The notes: a model not told the origin generated them from the letters alone. DNA of 12,879 bases from Candidatus Asgardarchaeum abyssi (GCA_040225955.1 JBECUL010000056.1:1-12879); one strand, 5' to 3'; numbered from the stretch's first letter, positions 1 through 7,812 are shown. Translations and numbers: made by a program.

Positions 1-369
1 GAAAATGATGATACCGTATTGATTATTTTTACAAATGATTTATATTTATACTTATTTTCAAGATATAAGGCTAGTGCATTAAGTAAATTTATAAAGGCTT
101 TGAGACTCTATTATAAACTAAATATGGTTCAACCAACAATAAGTGATCAGGAGCTTGCATGTAAACTATTTGGAAAATATAAGCTTGGAATATCCGACTT
201 AATTAATTTATCCGTGATGAAAAGACTGAAAATTAGAGAAATTTACTCTACTGATACCAGGTTTAAGGATGCTGGAATTAAGGTTATTTTTCACGAATTA
301 CAAAAAGAAAAAGAATTTAAAATCTTTATTGATCTTCTTGTAGAAAAAGGCTTTTCTCCAAGTTTTTAG
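1..369 (+). CDS. vapC: PIN-domain (VapC-like) ribonuclease toxin, 5'-truncated by the window edge
   Basis: Frame is open from base 1 (ENDDTVLIIF...). The C-terminal PIN signature is present: LGISDLINLSVMKRLKIREIYSTDTRF, matching S/TD...M...I.EIYS.D..F. The N-terminal D-T/S motif lies outside the window. Confidence 0.75.
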   Translation, partial: ENDDTVLIIFTNDLYLYLFSRYKASALSKFIKALRLYYKLNMVQPTISDQELACKLFGKYKLGISDLINLSVMKRLKIREIYSTDTRFKDAGIKVIFHELQKEKEFKIFIDLLVEKGFSPSF

Positions 370-392
370 TGATATTAATACTAAAGATAATA

Positions 393-2336
393 TTATTCAA
401 GTAGTTCTTTAAGTTGATCTTGAGATGCAGTTGTTGCAGTTCCGTAGCCGACGTAAATTACTTTATCTGGAGATAAAGCTTTGATTATTTCTCTTCTATG
501 GGTTATCATTATTAGTGTTATTCCGCTTTCTCTTGCAAGTTTAGATAGCTTCCTTGCGACACGCATGGCTGTCAATGTGTCTAAATGTGCAGCAAATTCG
601 TCAATTAGTAATACATTTGGTTTTTCTGCCAACAATGAGGCCAACCTAGCTCGTTCTTTTTGCCCAGTAGATAATTCATAGAAGGTTGCACGATATAGGA
701 CAGCATCACTTAGCCCTGTTTTATTTAAAATTTCAACTGCTATATCTATGTCGTTTAATTTATTATACATATGTTCCAGTATTGATTCATTTCCAAATAC
801 TGGCTCTATTTCACCTGGTAGTAAGATAGATGGTTTAACATTCTTAGGAACTATTATTTCTCCAGAATCCAATGTAAACTTTGGCTCCTTGATATTCTTC
901 ATAGCCCCATAAATAAGTCGGAGAAGAGTTGTTTTTCCAGCACCTGAGGCTCCTATTATTACAACAACCTCTCCTGGTTTTATCTCAAGATTTACATGCC
1001 TGAGGACCAACCTTTGGATTATTCTGAATTTCACACCAAATGATCCTAATACTTGTCGTATCTCTGGATTCACTTTTTCTAAAGACAAAACATTTTCATA
1101 AGCTTTTGTTACGTTTTTTAGCAAAATTGGAGCGGATATCTTCTCCACAGTGCCATATTTCGATATACATAACCGGCCTTGGTGCTCCCTAGCAACTGGA
1201 TCTTCCTGTAAGAATTTGCTTAAAAGAGCTTCTGCGGATTTTGAAAGAGGATAAAAGAGAACTGGTCTGCCAGAACGTGTATCCCAAAGATACTTAAACC
1301 CAACTTTTTCAAAGAATGGATTATATTTGGCCATCATTGCAATTGTTTCAACTATCTCTTTTTTCTTTCTCATTTCTGGGACTCTGCGTGCACTTATCCA
1401 TTTTATAGCCTCTCTAACCGCAACTTGCCCTAACCCATCGGAACGATAATCAGGGTGTATAACAACCCTCGCAATTCTTGCTCCGGCAGTATTAGCAGTT
1501 CTTATTGCTTGTATTCTAGCCTCTTCCCATATTTTTGCTCGACTGACAGCTTTAGTGTATTTTTTAGTGAGCTCCTTTAATTTATCTCTAAGTACTTTTT
1601 CGGGCCAGAATGGGGGATTGAACCAATCCTCAGGAAATATTTTTTCTCGAATATCCCTTATTATCGTACCATCTGGTAACCGTCTATGCATTTTTGGAAT
1701 TGGAGGGTCTACTCTAACATAACCAACTATTTTTGGCTCATAAGGTTGCCTACTTAATAATTCTAATACCAGAAATCGGGAAGCTGGTGTGGATCCTTTA
1801 ATCTCAAATATATGAATATCTTTATCCGTTTTACACTTTGGGCACTGAGGCTTAGTATTGCTAGGTATTAATTCATCACATTTTTCACAACGCCAAACTG
1901 CAATAATTGCCTTTTCAGATGCATAGTGAAATTGCTCAAGCTGGGCTATCTCTTCGTAATCAGATTCATAAACAGCCTCTCGTGCATAAATTTTGTAAGA
2001 ATAAATTTCTCTGCCAAGAACCGGATCAACCCTCGGTATTGATATCGTCTCCTCAAACGGCGGCCACACCGGAAATATTTCCTCTCCATAATATTTCCAT
2101 AGTTCATAAGACTTAAAGTCGAGAATTAATTCATTTTTAATCTTTTTAGGACTTTTTAGTACTTTGAGCTTAATTTTTTCTCCTGTTTTAAACCATTGAG
2201 CAATGTTTCCAGACATATATAATGATAATACAGTATTGTTAACCTTTACCTCTAAAATTCCAAACCATTTATGCTTAAAACGAGGAATCTCAGATCCTAC
2301 AACCTCACCCTCATACTCAGTATTAACTTTCAGCAT
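393..2336 (-). CDS. GNAT acetyltransferase fused to an ABC-type ATPase (COG2401-like), with an N-terminal beta-rich domain and a Zn ribbon
   Basis: Zn ribbon CEKC...CPKC; GNAT motif A IARVVIHPDYRSDGLG; Walker A GASGAGKT; signature LSTGQ; Walker B LLIDE; D-loop AAHLD; H-loop ITH. No TM segments. Start ATG at 2336 is preferred over GTG 2345 because AGGTGA lies 5 nt upstream. Confidence 0.88.
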   Translation of the reverse strand: MLKVNTEYEGEVVGSEIPRFKHKWFGILEVKVNNTVLSLYMSGNIAQWFKTGEKIKLKVLKSPKKIKNELILDFKSYELWKYYGEEIFPVWPPFEETISIPRVDPVLGREIYSYKIYAREAVYESDYEEIAQLEQFHYASEKAIIAVWRCEKCDELIPSNTKPQCPKCKTDKDIHIFEIKGSTPASRFLVLELLSRQPYEPKIVGYVRVDPPIPKMHRRLPDGTIIRDIREKIFPEDWFNPPFWPEKVLRDKLKELTKKYTKAVSRAKIWEEARIQAIRTANTAGARIARVVIHPDYRSDGLGQVAVREAIKWISARRVPEMRKKKEIVETIAMMAKYNPFFEKVGFKYLWDTRSGRPVLFYPLSKSAEALLSKFLQEDPVAREHQGRLCISKYGTVEKISAPILLKNVTKAYENVLSLEKVNPEIRQVLGSFGVKFRIIQRLVLRHVNLEIKPGEVVVIIGASGAGKTTLLRLIYGAMKNIKEPKFTLDSGEIIVPKNVKPSILLPGEIEPVFGNESILEHMYNKLNDIDIAVEILNKTGLSDAVLYRATFYELSTGQKERARLASLLAEKPNVLLIDEFAAHLDTLTAMRVARKLSKLARESGITLIMITHRREIIKALSPDKVIYVGYGTATTASQDQLKELLE

Positions 2337-2459
2337 TATAGTCACCTATTATAATCATACTATCTATTATTAAACGACAAGACTAATTGACGCAATAAAA
2401 TATTAAAAACTTTTATACATATTTACTGGTCTTATCAAATCTAAATCTTGTCTAAGAGG

Positions 2460-2488
2460 TTATACAAAAACTCTTTTATCTTGTATAA
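2460..2488. promoter_or_regulatory. 8-bp inverted repeat TTATACAA-N13-TTGTATAA in the divergent promoter; putative operator
   Basis: Perfect IR at 2460-2467 and 2481-2488, overlapping the TATA-like TATAAAA about 25-30 nt upstream of the HTH gene ATG at 2516. Confidence 0.4.
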
Positions 2489-2515
2489 AATTATCAATTT
2501 TCGAGGGATCTCTAT

Positions 2516-3246
2516 ATGACAAAAATTAATGTGAATGACCTACTCAAAGTATTAAATAATCCTTTTAGAAGACAAATACTCTACAATGTTGCAAAATATG
2601 AACGGATAAAATATAGTGATCTCATGAGGCTAATGAATCTAGACCCTACTAGAAGTAGTGGTTGGTTTGCGTACCATCTTAGGCTCCTAATCGATGTAGG
2701 TCTTCTTAAGAAAGAGGAAGAAAATAATTTTGTGTATTATTCATTGTCGGATGCTGGAAAGAAGACAGTTCTATTTCTGGATGAAGTGGGCAGGGAGATG
2801 TCGTTTTCATATACTATTATCAATTTCTTTGAAAGGCTTAGCTTATTCAATCAAGTGGAGGCTTGCTGGGGTTTAATATTTCTCTTATATTTTCTATCGC
2901 TTATTCGCCTACCATTAACCTACCATTAAAGGTGCTAAATCCCCTTTTTAATTACCTTGGCTATTTATTATTAATACTATTTATAGCTATCGAATCTCAT
3001 CTCGCATATAAAACTCGCTCCTCCGCATATTTTCTTCTTCTAAACATCTATTGGCTTTTCCTTAAACCGCCGAAGTGGAAAGAACTGAGTGTGATTGTAA
3101 TATCTGGTATATTAAGTGCTATAACCTTTGACGTTTACTTGTCAAAAAGTCAAAATATATACCTATTTACAACAATAGCTCTTCTTTTAATATCTGCAAT
3201 TGTAACTTCTTATGTTGTTGCAGAAGATAGAAAATCTATCTCATAA
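2516..3246 (+). pseudogene. ArsR-like winged-helix regulator with a C-terminal multi-pass membrane domain, frameshifted by an 11-bp tandem duplication
   Basis: ORF 2516-2929 carries a wHTH (LKVLNNPFRRQIL...YSDLM...FAYHLRLL...GLL...YYSLSDAGK). ORF 2863-3246 is hydrophobic with about 3 TM segments. CCTACCATTAA is duplicated at 2908-2918 and 2919-2929. Removing one copy gives one 720-nt ORF (239 aa) reading ...LIRLPLKVLNPLF.... Confidence 0.82.
2908..2929 (+). repeat. Perfect 11-bp tandem duplication (CCTACCATTAA x2)
   Basis: Read directly; it coincides exactly with the frame break between the two ORFs. Confidence 0.92.
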
Positions 3247-3248
3247 GA

Positions 3249-3677
3249 TCACTTTTTGACAAAATCCTCAAGGAAAATGATATCAATATCAAGCGGTCTC
3301 TTATCAATTTCTCTTTGCAATTCTCTCTCCTTTTTAGCAAAAACAGCAGCTGCTTTTATCTTTTTAGCAAGCGCTATTACAAATGAATCCGCTAGCGATA
3401 TTGCTCGATAGCATTTAATTCTTCCTCCTTCTTGAGGTGAAACATATAGATTAATAATACACTCTGATTCATGTAACTCTTTAATTTTTGTGTCAGCCTC
3501 TTCTAAACCAAGATTTCTGCAGAGGATATAATATAACTCGGCTAGTGCAATATCTGTTGTGTAAACATCATGTTCACTACTTTGCGCTAATTCTAATGCA
3601 TACTTACCTATCTCTGTGCCATAAACAATCTCTACAAGTACACTCGCATCATAAACCAGCTTTTTTAAATTTTTCAA
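3249..3677 (-). CDS. vapC: PIN-domain VapC toxin
   Basis: LVYDASVLVE, IALAELYYILCR and ISLADSFVIALA supply the PIN acidic residues. Overlaps the upstream antitoxin. TTG 3677 with GGAGG upstream is preferred; GTG 3695 is possible. Confidence 0.88.
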   Translation of the reverse strand: MKNLKKLVYDASVLVEIVYGTEIGKYALELAQSSEHDVYTTDIALAELYYILCRNLGLEEADTKIKELHESECIINLYVSPQEGGRIKCYRAISLADSFVIALAKKIKAAAVFAKKERELQREIDKRPLDIDIIFLEDFVKK

Positions 3678-3909
3678 GACGCTCTTCCTCCTCACGTCTT
3701 AGTTCTTGTAGCTGTTTATACGCTTCTCTGATATCTCGTCCTTTGAGGCATCCAAAAAAACTCATTAACTTATCCTTATTTTTCCTTTTTCTTAATAGAA
3801 ATCTAATTGCTTCATCTATACTCACTTTTCTGCCAAGCTCTAATTGCAGTTTTGCTGCTAATTTTAATAGTCTGATTTTTGTATCTTCACCAACTTGTAT
3901 AGTAACCAT
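3649..3909 (-). CDS. vapB: VapB-type antitoxin (RHH/CopG-like)
   Basis: MVTIQVGEDTKIRLLKLAAKLQLELGRKVSIDEAIRFLL is a beta-alpha-alpha N-terminus, followed by a charged tail. ATG 3909 follows GGTGA. Directly upstream of and overlapping vapC. Confidence 0.82.
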   Translation of the reverse strand: MVTIQVGEDTKIRLLKLAAKLQLELGRKVSIDEAIRFLLRKRKNKDKLMSFFGCLKGRDIREAYKQLQELRREEEERLEKFKKAGL

Positions 3910-3920
3910 AATATCACCAT

Positions 3921-3945
3921 ATGTCAATTAACATAAAATGTCAAT
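3921..3945. promoter_or_regulatory. Array of ATGTCAA/TT(G/A)ACAT half-sites upstream of vapB; putative autoregulatory operator
   Basis: ATGTCAAT at 3921-3928 and 3938-3945, with an inverted one-mismatch copy (TTAACAT, 3928-3934) between them. Located between the TATA-like region and the SD of vapB. Confidence 0.5.
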
Positions 3946-4010
3946 AAAAATATTGTGATTTTCTATATTGATATTCGCATTGTATGTATGCTCTAATTAT
4001 TTTTGAAGGT

Positions 4011-4079
4011 TATTAAAAATCAGTGACCGGGATCATCATCATTGCAAAGCTCAGAATAACGGGCTCTCATCCCTTAATA
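4011..4079 (-). ncRNA. Archaeal box C/D 2'-O-methylation guide sRNA
   Basis: Minus strand reads GGGATGA (C, 4073-4067), GAGCCCGTTATT (12-nt guide), CTGA (D', 4054-4051), gctttgca, ATGATGA (C', 4042-4036), TGATCCCGGTCA (12-nt guide), CTGA (D, 4023-4020). It spans 54 nt from C to D, with a terminal stem TATTAA/TTAATA, a T-run after D, and a TATA-like AAAACATTTAAG about 25 nt upstream. It is a GC-richer island in AT-rich intergenic DNA. Confidence 0.85.
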
Positions 4080-4189
4080 GAAAGTATTAAACTTGTATTC
4101 TTAAATGTTTTCACGAGGCAACTAACTAAAACTTATTAAGTATTGTCTTATAATCGAAATAACGAATATCTTTAGAGGAGAAATTAAGC

Positions 4190-4475
4190 ATGTATCAAAA
4201 AATCATACCAATGTTTCTTATAGAAAATGTAGATGAAGCCATCAAATGGTATAAGGATGTATTAAATGCGAAGATCCAAGCAACAGACCCAGAAAATCCA
4301 CCATTTGAATGGGCATCTCTTTTGCTAAATGATGTTGAAATTATGTTTGCGGACAAGAGATCTGCGGTGAAATGGTATTCTGAAGATGTCCCAATAGGAG
4401 ATAGAATTTAAAGAGTTTGCAATAAAAGACCCTTTTGGAATTGTTTTGATATTTGCACAAACATTGAAGAAATAA
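4190..4475 (+). pseudogene. VOC/glyoxalase (bleomycin-resistance-like) family pseudogene with an internal deletion and frameshift
   Basis: N-terminal half MYQKIIPMFLIENVDEAIKWYKDVL... stops at 4411. The VOC C-terminal motif KEFAIKDPFGIVLIFAQ continues in the +1 frame at 4410-4475. The usual intervening strand-helix segment is missing. SD GAGGAG upstream. Confidence 0.78.
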
Positions 4476-4741
4476 GTTCAAGTGTTATAAGAAGAGAACA
4501 GAAGTTATTCTGCTTATTCTGCTTATCCTCTCTTCAACTAAATTAAAGCTTATTAGTGAATAAGTTCATAGAGTTAAGTGTAAAGGAGTTTTATGTATCA
4601 TTCGCGAAAATAGATAACATCGATGATGCATTAAATATATTTTCAAAATATTAAAGAAGAATATATAACACTGCAACTTTCGTTTATACGATGCTTATAT
4701 GAAAGTGAGCTATCGAAAATAATACTCAATCAAGAGATAAG

Positions 4742-5176
4742 TTAATGAACTAAAGCTATTCGAATAATCTTACCACTTTCATCAAACTCTATCTTTACCT
4801 TACTCTTCAAACTCTTCTCATACTCTTTCTTTAATAAATCCCATACTCCGTCATCGTATACAACAATCCCATATTCTAAAGCTTCTACTATTGTGGTATC
4901 AACATCTCTTAGCGCTTTCCACAAATCCTCAACAGTATAAGGCTTTGGGTCTATTATGCCAATATTTTTTGCAAGAAGAACTTTTTTTAAGTCCTGTTCA
5001 TCCTCTATAATAATCACTAAATCTAAATCACTTGAAAGGCTCCATGCCCCCCTTGCTCTAGAACCTATTACAACAACAGCTCTTAATTTAACCTCCCTAC
5101 TTTTTAAATCCTTTAAGAAATCCTCTAGAATTTCTTCGGCATATCTTCCATTCCAAATTACTCCAAATTTTGACAC
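4742..5176 (-). CDS. Minimal nucleotidyltransferase (MNT, Pol-beta superfamily)
   Basis: GS-X10-DXD motif in VIGSRARGAWSLSSDLDLVII, plus a downstream D (IIDPKPYT) and EALEYGIVVYD. Overlaps the HEPN gene. Confidence 0.9.
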   Translation of the reverse strand: MSKFGVIWNGRYAEEILEDFLKDLKSREVKLRAVVVIGSRARGAWSLSSDLDLVIIIEDEQDLKKVLLAKNIGIIDPKPYTVEDLWKALRDVDTTIVEALEYGIVVYDDGVWDLLKKEYEKSLKSKVKIEFDESGKIIRIALVH

Positions 5177-5574
5177 AACTTCTCAACCTCTTTCCATATC
5201 TTTTTCATCATTTCAATACATCTCTTGGCCGTACACTCATCGTACTTTATCTTAAATCTACGGCTTGCATCAGGATATCTCGAGGCATAGTAATGAATTG
5301 TAAGTTCGCGAAGGGGCTCTTCATTAATAGTCACGCCTAAAATCTCAACCTCGTATTTTTCCTCAATAAGTTTTAGTAGGCCGACAATATCATGCGTTGG
5401 AGCAAAAATCCCGACTTTTATAGCTAAAGCTTTAAGCAATTTTTCAATAGCTTGTTGAGAATGATAACAAGCTTCTCTCCACTTTCTATGAGAGAATCTA
5501 TCTATTGCCTCCTCCTTATCCTCTTTTGCATATCTAAACCAATCAATCCAATCATTACCCTTTAAGCTAGGCAA
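5158..5574 (-). CDS. HEPN domain protein (partner of MNT)
   Basis: WFRYAKED...ACYHSQQAIEKLLKAL...THDIVGLL...YYASRYPD is typical of archaeal HEPN. TTG start with GAGGG upstream. Confidence 0.9.
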   Translation of the reverse strand: MPSLKGNDWIDWFRYAKEDKEEAIDRFSHRKWREACYHSQQAIEKLLKALAIKVGIFAPTHDIVGLLKLIEEKYEVEILGVTINEEPLRELTIHYYASRYPDASRRFKIKYDECTAKRCIEMMKKIWKEVEKLCQNLE

Positions 5575-5755
5575 ACGAGACCCTCAATCAAAAATCACTA
5601 AATATTGTTATATTAATTTTATTAGCCCAATCCTATAAATAGTCAATGACTAAAAGTGATTTCTCGTGCGATAATCAAGCGCGTTAAATTATAAAAGATA
5701 ACTTAAATCTTTTTATAATTTCAATTTTATATTCTTCCTTAGCTATATATCTTGA

Positions 5756-6139
5756 TTACTTTGGAGCACATGCCTTGAAATATTTTTTCCAATCAATCTC
5801 TGTCATCTGTAATACATTTCCATCAGGGTCTTCGAAAAGTAGGATGCGACCACCCCAGAGTGTCTCTTTTATTCCTTCAATAATTTTTACGCCATTCTGC
5901 TGCAAAATTTTGTATGCATGATCAATACTTTCAACTAAAAAGTTTATACATGGCTCTCCTTTTCTTGGTTTTTCTATACCACCCCATGTTTTCAATCCTA
6001 TTTCGACTCCACCACAATCAAACCCAGCATAGTCCTCGAATTCGTACTTTTTCTGAAGCCCCAAAACATTTTTATAAAAATCAACAGCTTTTTTTAAATC
6101 CTTAACGGTTAAGGTTATATCCCAAATTCTTCTAATCAT
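5756..6139 (-). CDS. VOC family (glyoxalase/bleomycin resistance/dioxygenase) protein
   Basis: ITLTVKDLKKAVDFYKNVLGL...INFLVESIDHAYKIL...GVKI...LWGGRILLFEDPDGNVLQM. Start at ATG 6139 preferred; alternatives extend to 6163. Confidence 0.9.
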   Translation of the reverse strand: MIRRIWDITLTVKDLKKAVDFYKNVLGLQKKYEFEDYAGFDCGGVEIGLKTWGGIEKPRKGEPCINFLVESIDHAYKILQQNGVKIIEGIKETLWGGRILLFEDPDGNVLQMTEIDWKKYFKACAPK

Positions 6140-6254
6140 GGTATTGTTCAACCTACCCATCAATTTATTTTTTCTTATTGATTTTAATTACATAGTTTAA
6201 GTTGTACATCGAGATATTTAAAATTTGGTCTAAAGAAACCCACCACCCCTCCTC

Positions 6255-6306
6255 CCTAATTCATCCCACATTGAAATGCGAGGCCCTCTTAGCGACATTT
6301 TGTAAA
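6255..6306 (-). mobile_element. IS200/IS605-family left-end remnant (no transposase)
   Basis: Minus strand reads TTTAC|AAAATGTCGCTAAGAGGG-CCTCGCATTTCAATGTGGGA-TGAATTAG: a TTAC-type target tetranucleotide followed about 18 nt later by an imperfect GC-rich subterminal hairpin (6264-6283). This is the layout of IS608-like left ends. No tnpA/tnpB and no recognisable right end. Confidence 0.55.
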
Positions 6307-6320
6307 CGATTTAACTAACT

Positions 6321-6532
6321 TATTTGGAAAATACTCTTGAAATAACCAATTTATTATTTTTGTAAAAATTAATATTTAGGAAATAAATATAATATAGAGC
6401 CTAATGATGCACTGGCGATCGTGATTATGAATCGGTATAAATGTAATGAAATATATACATTTGACGGCAATTTTAGAGATACCAGATATCGAAAAACCAT
6501 TATTAAATGAGGAATACTCTAAGTTTGGATAA
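6321..6532 (+). pseudogene. vapC: vapC (PIN) C-terminal fragment
   Basis: From 6373 it reads YLGNKYNIEPNDALAIVIMNRYKCNEIYTFDGNF (PIN C-terminal PNDAL...EIYTFD.F), then shifts frame to EIPDIEKPLLNEEYSKFG* (6476-6532). No start codon or N-terminus; not in the ORF track. Confidence 0.72.
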
Positions 6533-6692
6533 ATACTCCAAATACCTGATGTATCACAATTTAGAACTAAATATGATGAATATTAACATCTTCCTGCGTA
6601 GTACTCTATAAAGACTGTGGTGCTTTTCTAAATTTCCAGTCACTTTCAAAAAAATTATATATTGATATATATATGTAAAAATGGTGAAAAAT

Positions 6693-6938
6693 GTGGCAAA
6701 GACTATAGCTGTTTCGGATGAGGTATATGAGCTACTCAAAAGATTTAAATTGCCAGGAGAAAGTTTTAGCGATGCAATTAAAAGAGCTATAAAGCGAGGG
6801 GGACGATTAATGGACATTGCCGGCACCAAGACAATAACTAAAGAAGAATGGGAGCTTGTAGAAAAAGCTATGAAAAAAATTAGAGCAATAGAGATAGAAA
6901 AGAAAAAGGAACTAATTAAGAAAATGCAAAGCGAGTGA
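6693..6938 (+). CDS. vapB: VapB-family antitoxin (RHH, archaeal COG1753-like)
   Basis: (M)AKTIAVSDEVYELLKRFKLPGESFSDAIKRAI motif. GTG 6693 follows GGTGA; ATG 6681 is an alternative. Ends 6 nt upstream of vapC. Confidence 0.88.
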   Translation: MAKTIAVSDEVYELLKRFKLPGESFSDAIKRAIKRGGRLMDIAGTKTITKEEWELVEKAMKKIRAIEIEKKKELIKKMQSE

Positions 6939-6944
6939 TCTCAA

Positions 6945-7364
6945 ATGTGGATTTTCGATACAACATTTATTATCGACCTAATAAACTCTGATCCAGGTGC
7001 AATAAACAAAGCAAAGGAGATAGATGAATCTCCTTCTCTTAAAGCGATTTCCGTCATAACAGTTCAAGAATATCTCAGAGGGATATACTACTTATTTTCA
7101 AAAGATGAAAAGATTCTGAATGAGAAACTAAGAAGAGCTGAGAAAGAGTTATCAAACTTTGAAATTCTTCCGATTGATTATTCAATTGCGAAGATAGCTG
7201 CTGAGATAGATGCTAAGCTTCTTATGAATGGGACTCCAGTAGATACAGCTGATGTTCTTATAGCCGCAACAGCTATTAAGTATGATCTTACGCTTGTTAC
7301 CAGAAATGTGAGGGATTTTGAAAAAATTAAGAAAGTAAAAGAGCTTAAAATAGAAACATATTAA
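6945..7364 (+). CDS. vapC: PIN-domain VapC toxin
   Basis: IFDTTFIIDL, SVITVQEYLRG, DTADVLIAATA and LVTRNVRDF give a complete PIN active site. Confidence 0.93.
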   Translation: MWIFDTTFIIDLINSDPGAINKAKEIDESPSLKAISVITVQEYLRGIYYLFSKDEKILNEKLRRAEKELSNFEILPIDYSIAKIAAEIDAKLLMNGTPVDTADVLIAATAIKYDLTLVTRNVRDFEKIKKVKELKIETY

Positions 7365-7557
7365 TTTAATAATTAAGATAAATATGAATGCAACTCATAA
7401 TCTTCATTATACCTAGCTATATGAAGTATAAACTCTATGGTAATTAAACATAGTAATAAGAAAATTTTCCTGCAAGTACAATAATTATTTTTCTGACAAC
7501 ATTGAAATACAAGAAGTATTTATATTGCCTCCTATACTATATTTTTCGGTGATATGA

Positions 7558-7812
7558 TTGATTTCAGAAATTGTTGTTAAAGTTGGTAAGAAAGGTGAAA
7601 TATACTTTCCTAGCAAGTTTAGGAAAATGATTGATCTCAAACCCGGTGATAAGGTTAGGCTTAGAATCGAAGGAAAGAAAATTATTATTGAGAAAGAGAA
7701 GGATATTGAAGATCTCCTTGGAGATTATGTTCTGAAAATAAGTATTGATGAGGCTGAAAAATTAGTGAAGATGCCCAAAGGGAGGCAGGAATTATTGACT
7801 GAAAAAGAGTAA
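7558..7812 (+). CDS. AbrB/MazE/SpoVT-family antitoxin, probably with a 3' frameshift
   Basis: VKVGKKGEIYFPSKFRKMIDLKPGDKVRLRIEGKKIIIEK swapped-hairpin motif; GGTGA before TTG. An alternative frame from 7764 gives a more typical tail, SEDAQREAGIID* (stop 7800-7802). Confidence 0.85.
   Translation: MISEIVVKVGKKGEIYFPSKFRKMIDLKPGDKVRLRIEGKKIIIEKEKDIEDLLGDYVLKISIDEAEKLVKMPKGRQELLTEKE

Noticed and set aside
481-2116. Short + strand ORFs 481-681 and 1907-2116
   Set aside because: Antisense shadows of the GNAT-ABC gene; no motifs or SD.
2863-3246. Stand-alone 127-aa membrane protein
   Set aside because: Better explained as the 3' half of the frameshifted wHTH gene; its first ~15 codons are out-of-frame sequence.
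4020-4075. Fluoride (crcB) riboswitch reading of the GATGA...GATGA segment
   Set aside because: The two CTGA boxes with exact 12-nt spacing fit a C/D sRNA far better, and no fluoride-related gene lies downstream.
4505-4745. 9-bp tandem repeat (TTATTCTGC x2) and broken reading-frame fragments downstream of the VOC pseudogene
   Set aside because: Possibly a degraded gene or terminator region, but I cannot support any family or function.
3488-6829. ORFs 3488-3931(+), 4956-5255(+), 5914-6105(+) and 6554-6829(-)
   Set aside because: Each lies antisense to a well-supported vapBC, MNT/HEPN, VOC or vapB gene and has shadow-like composition.
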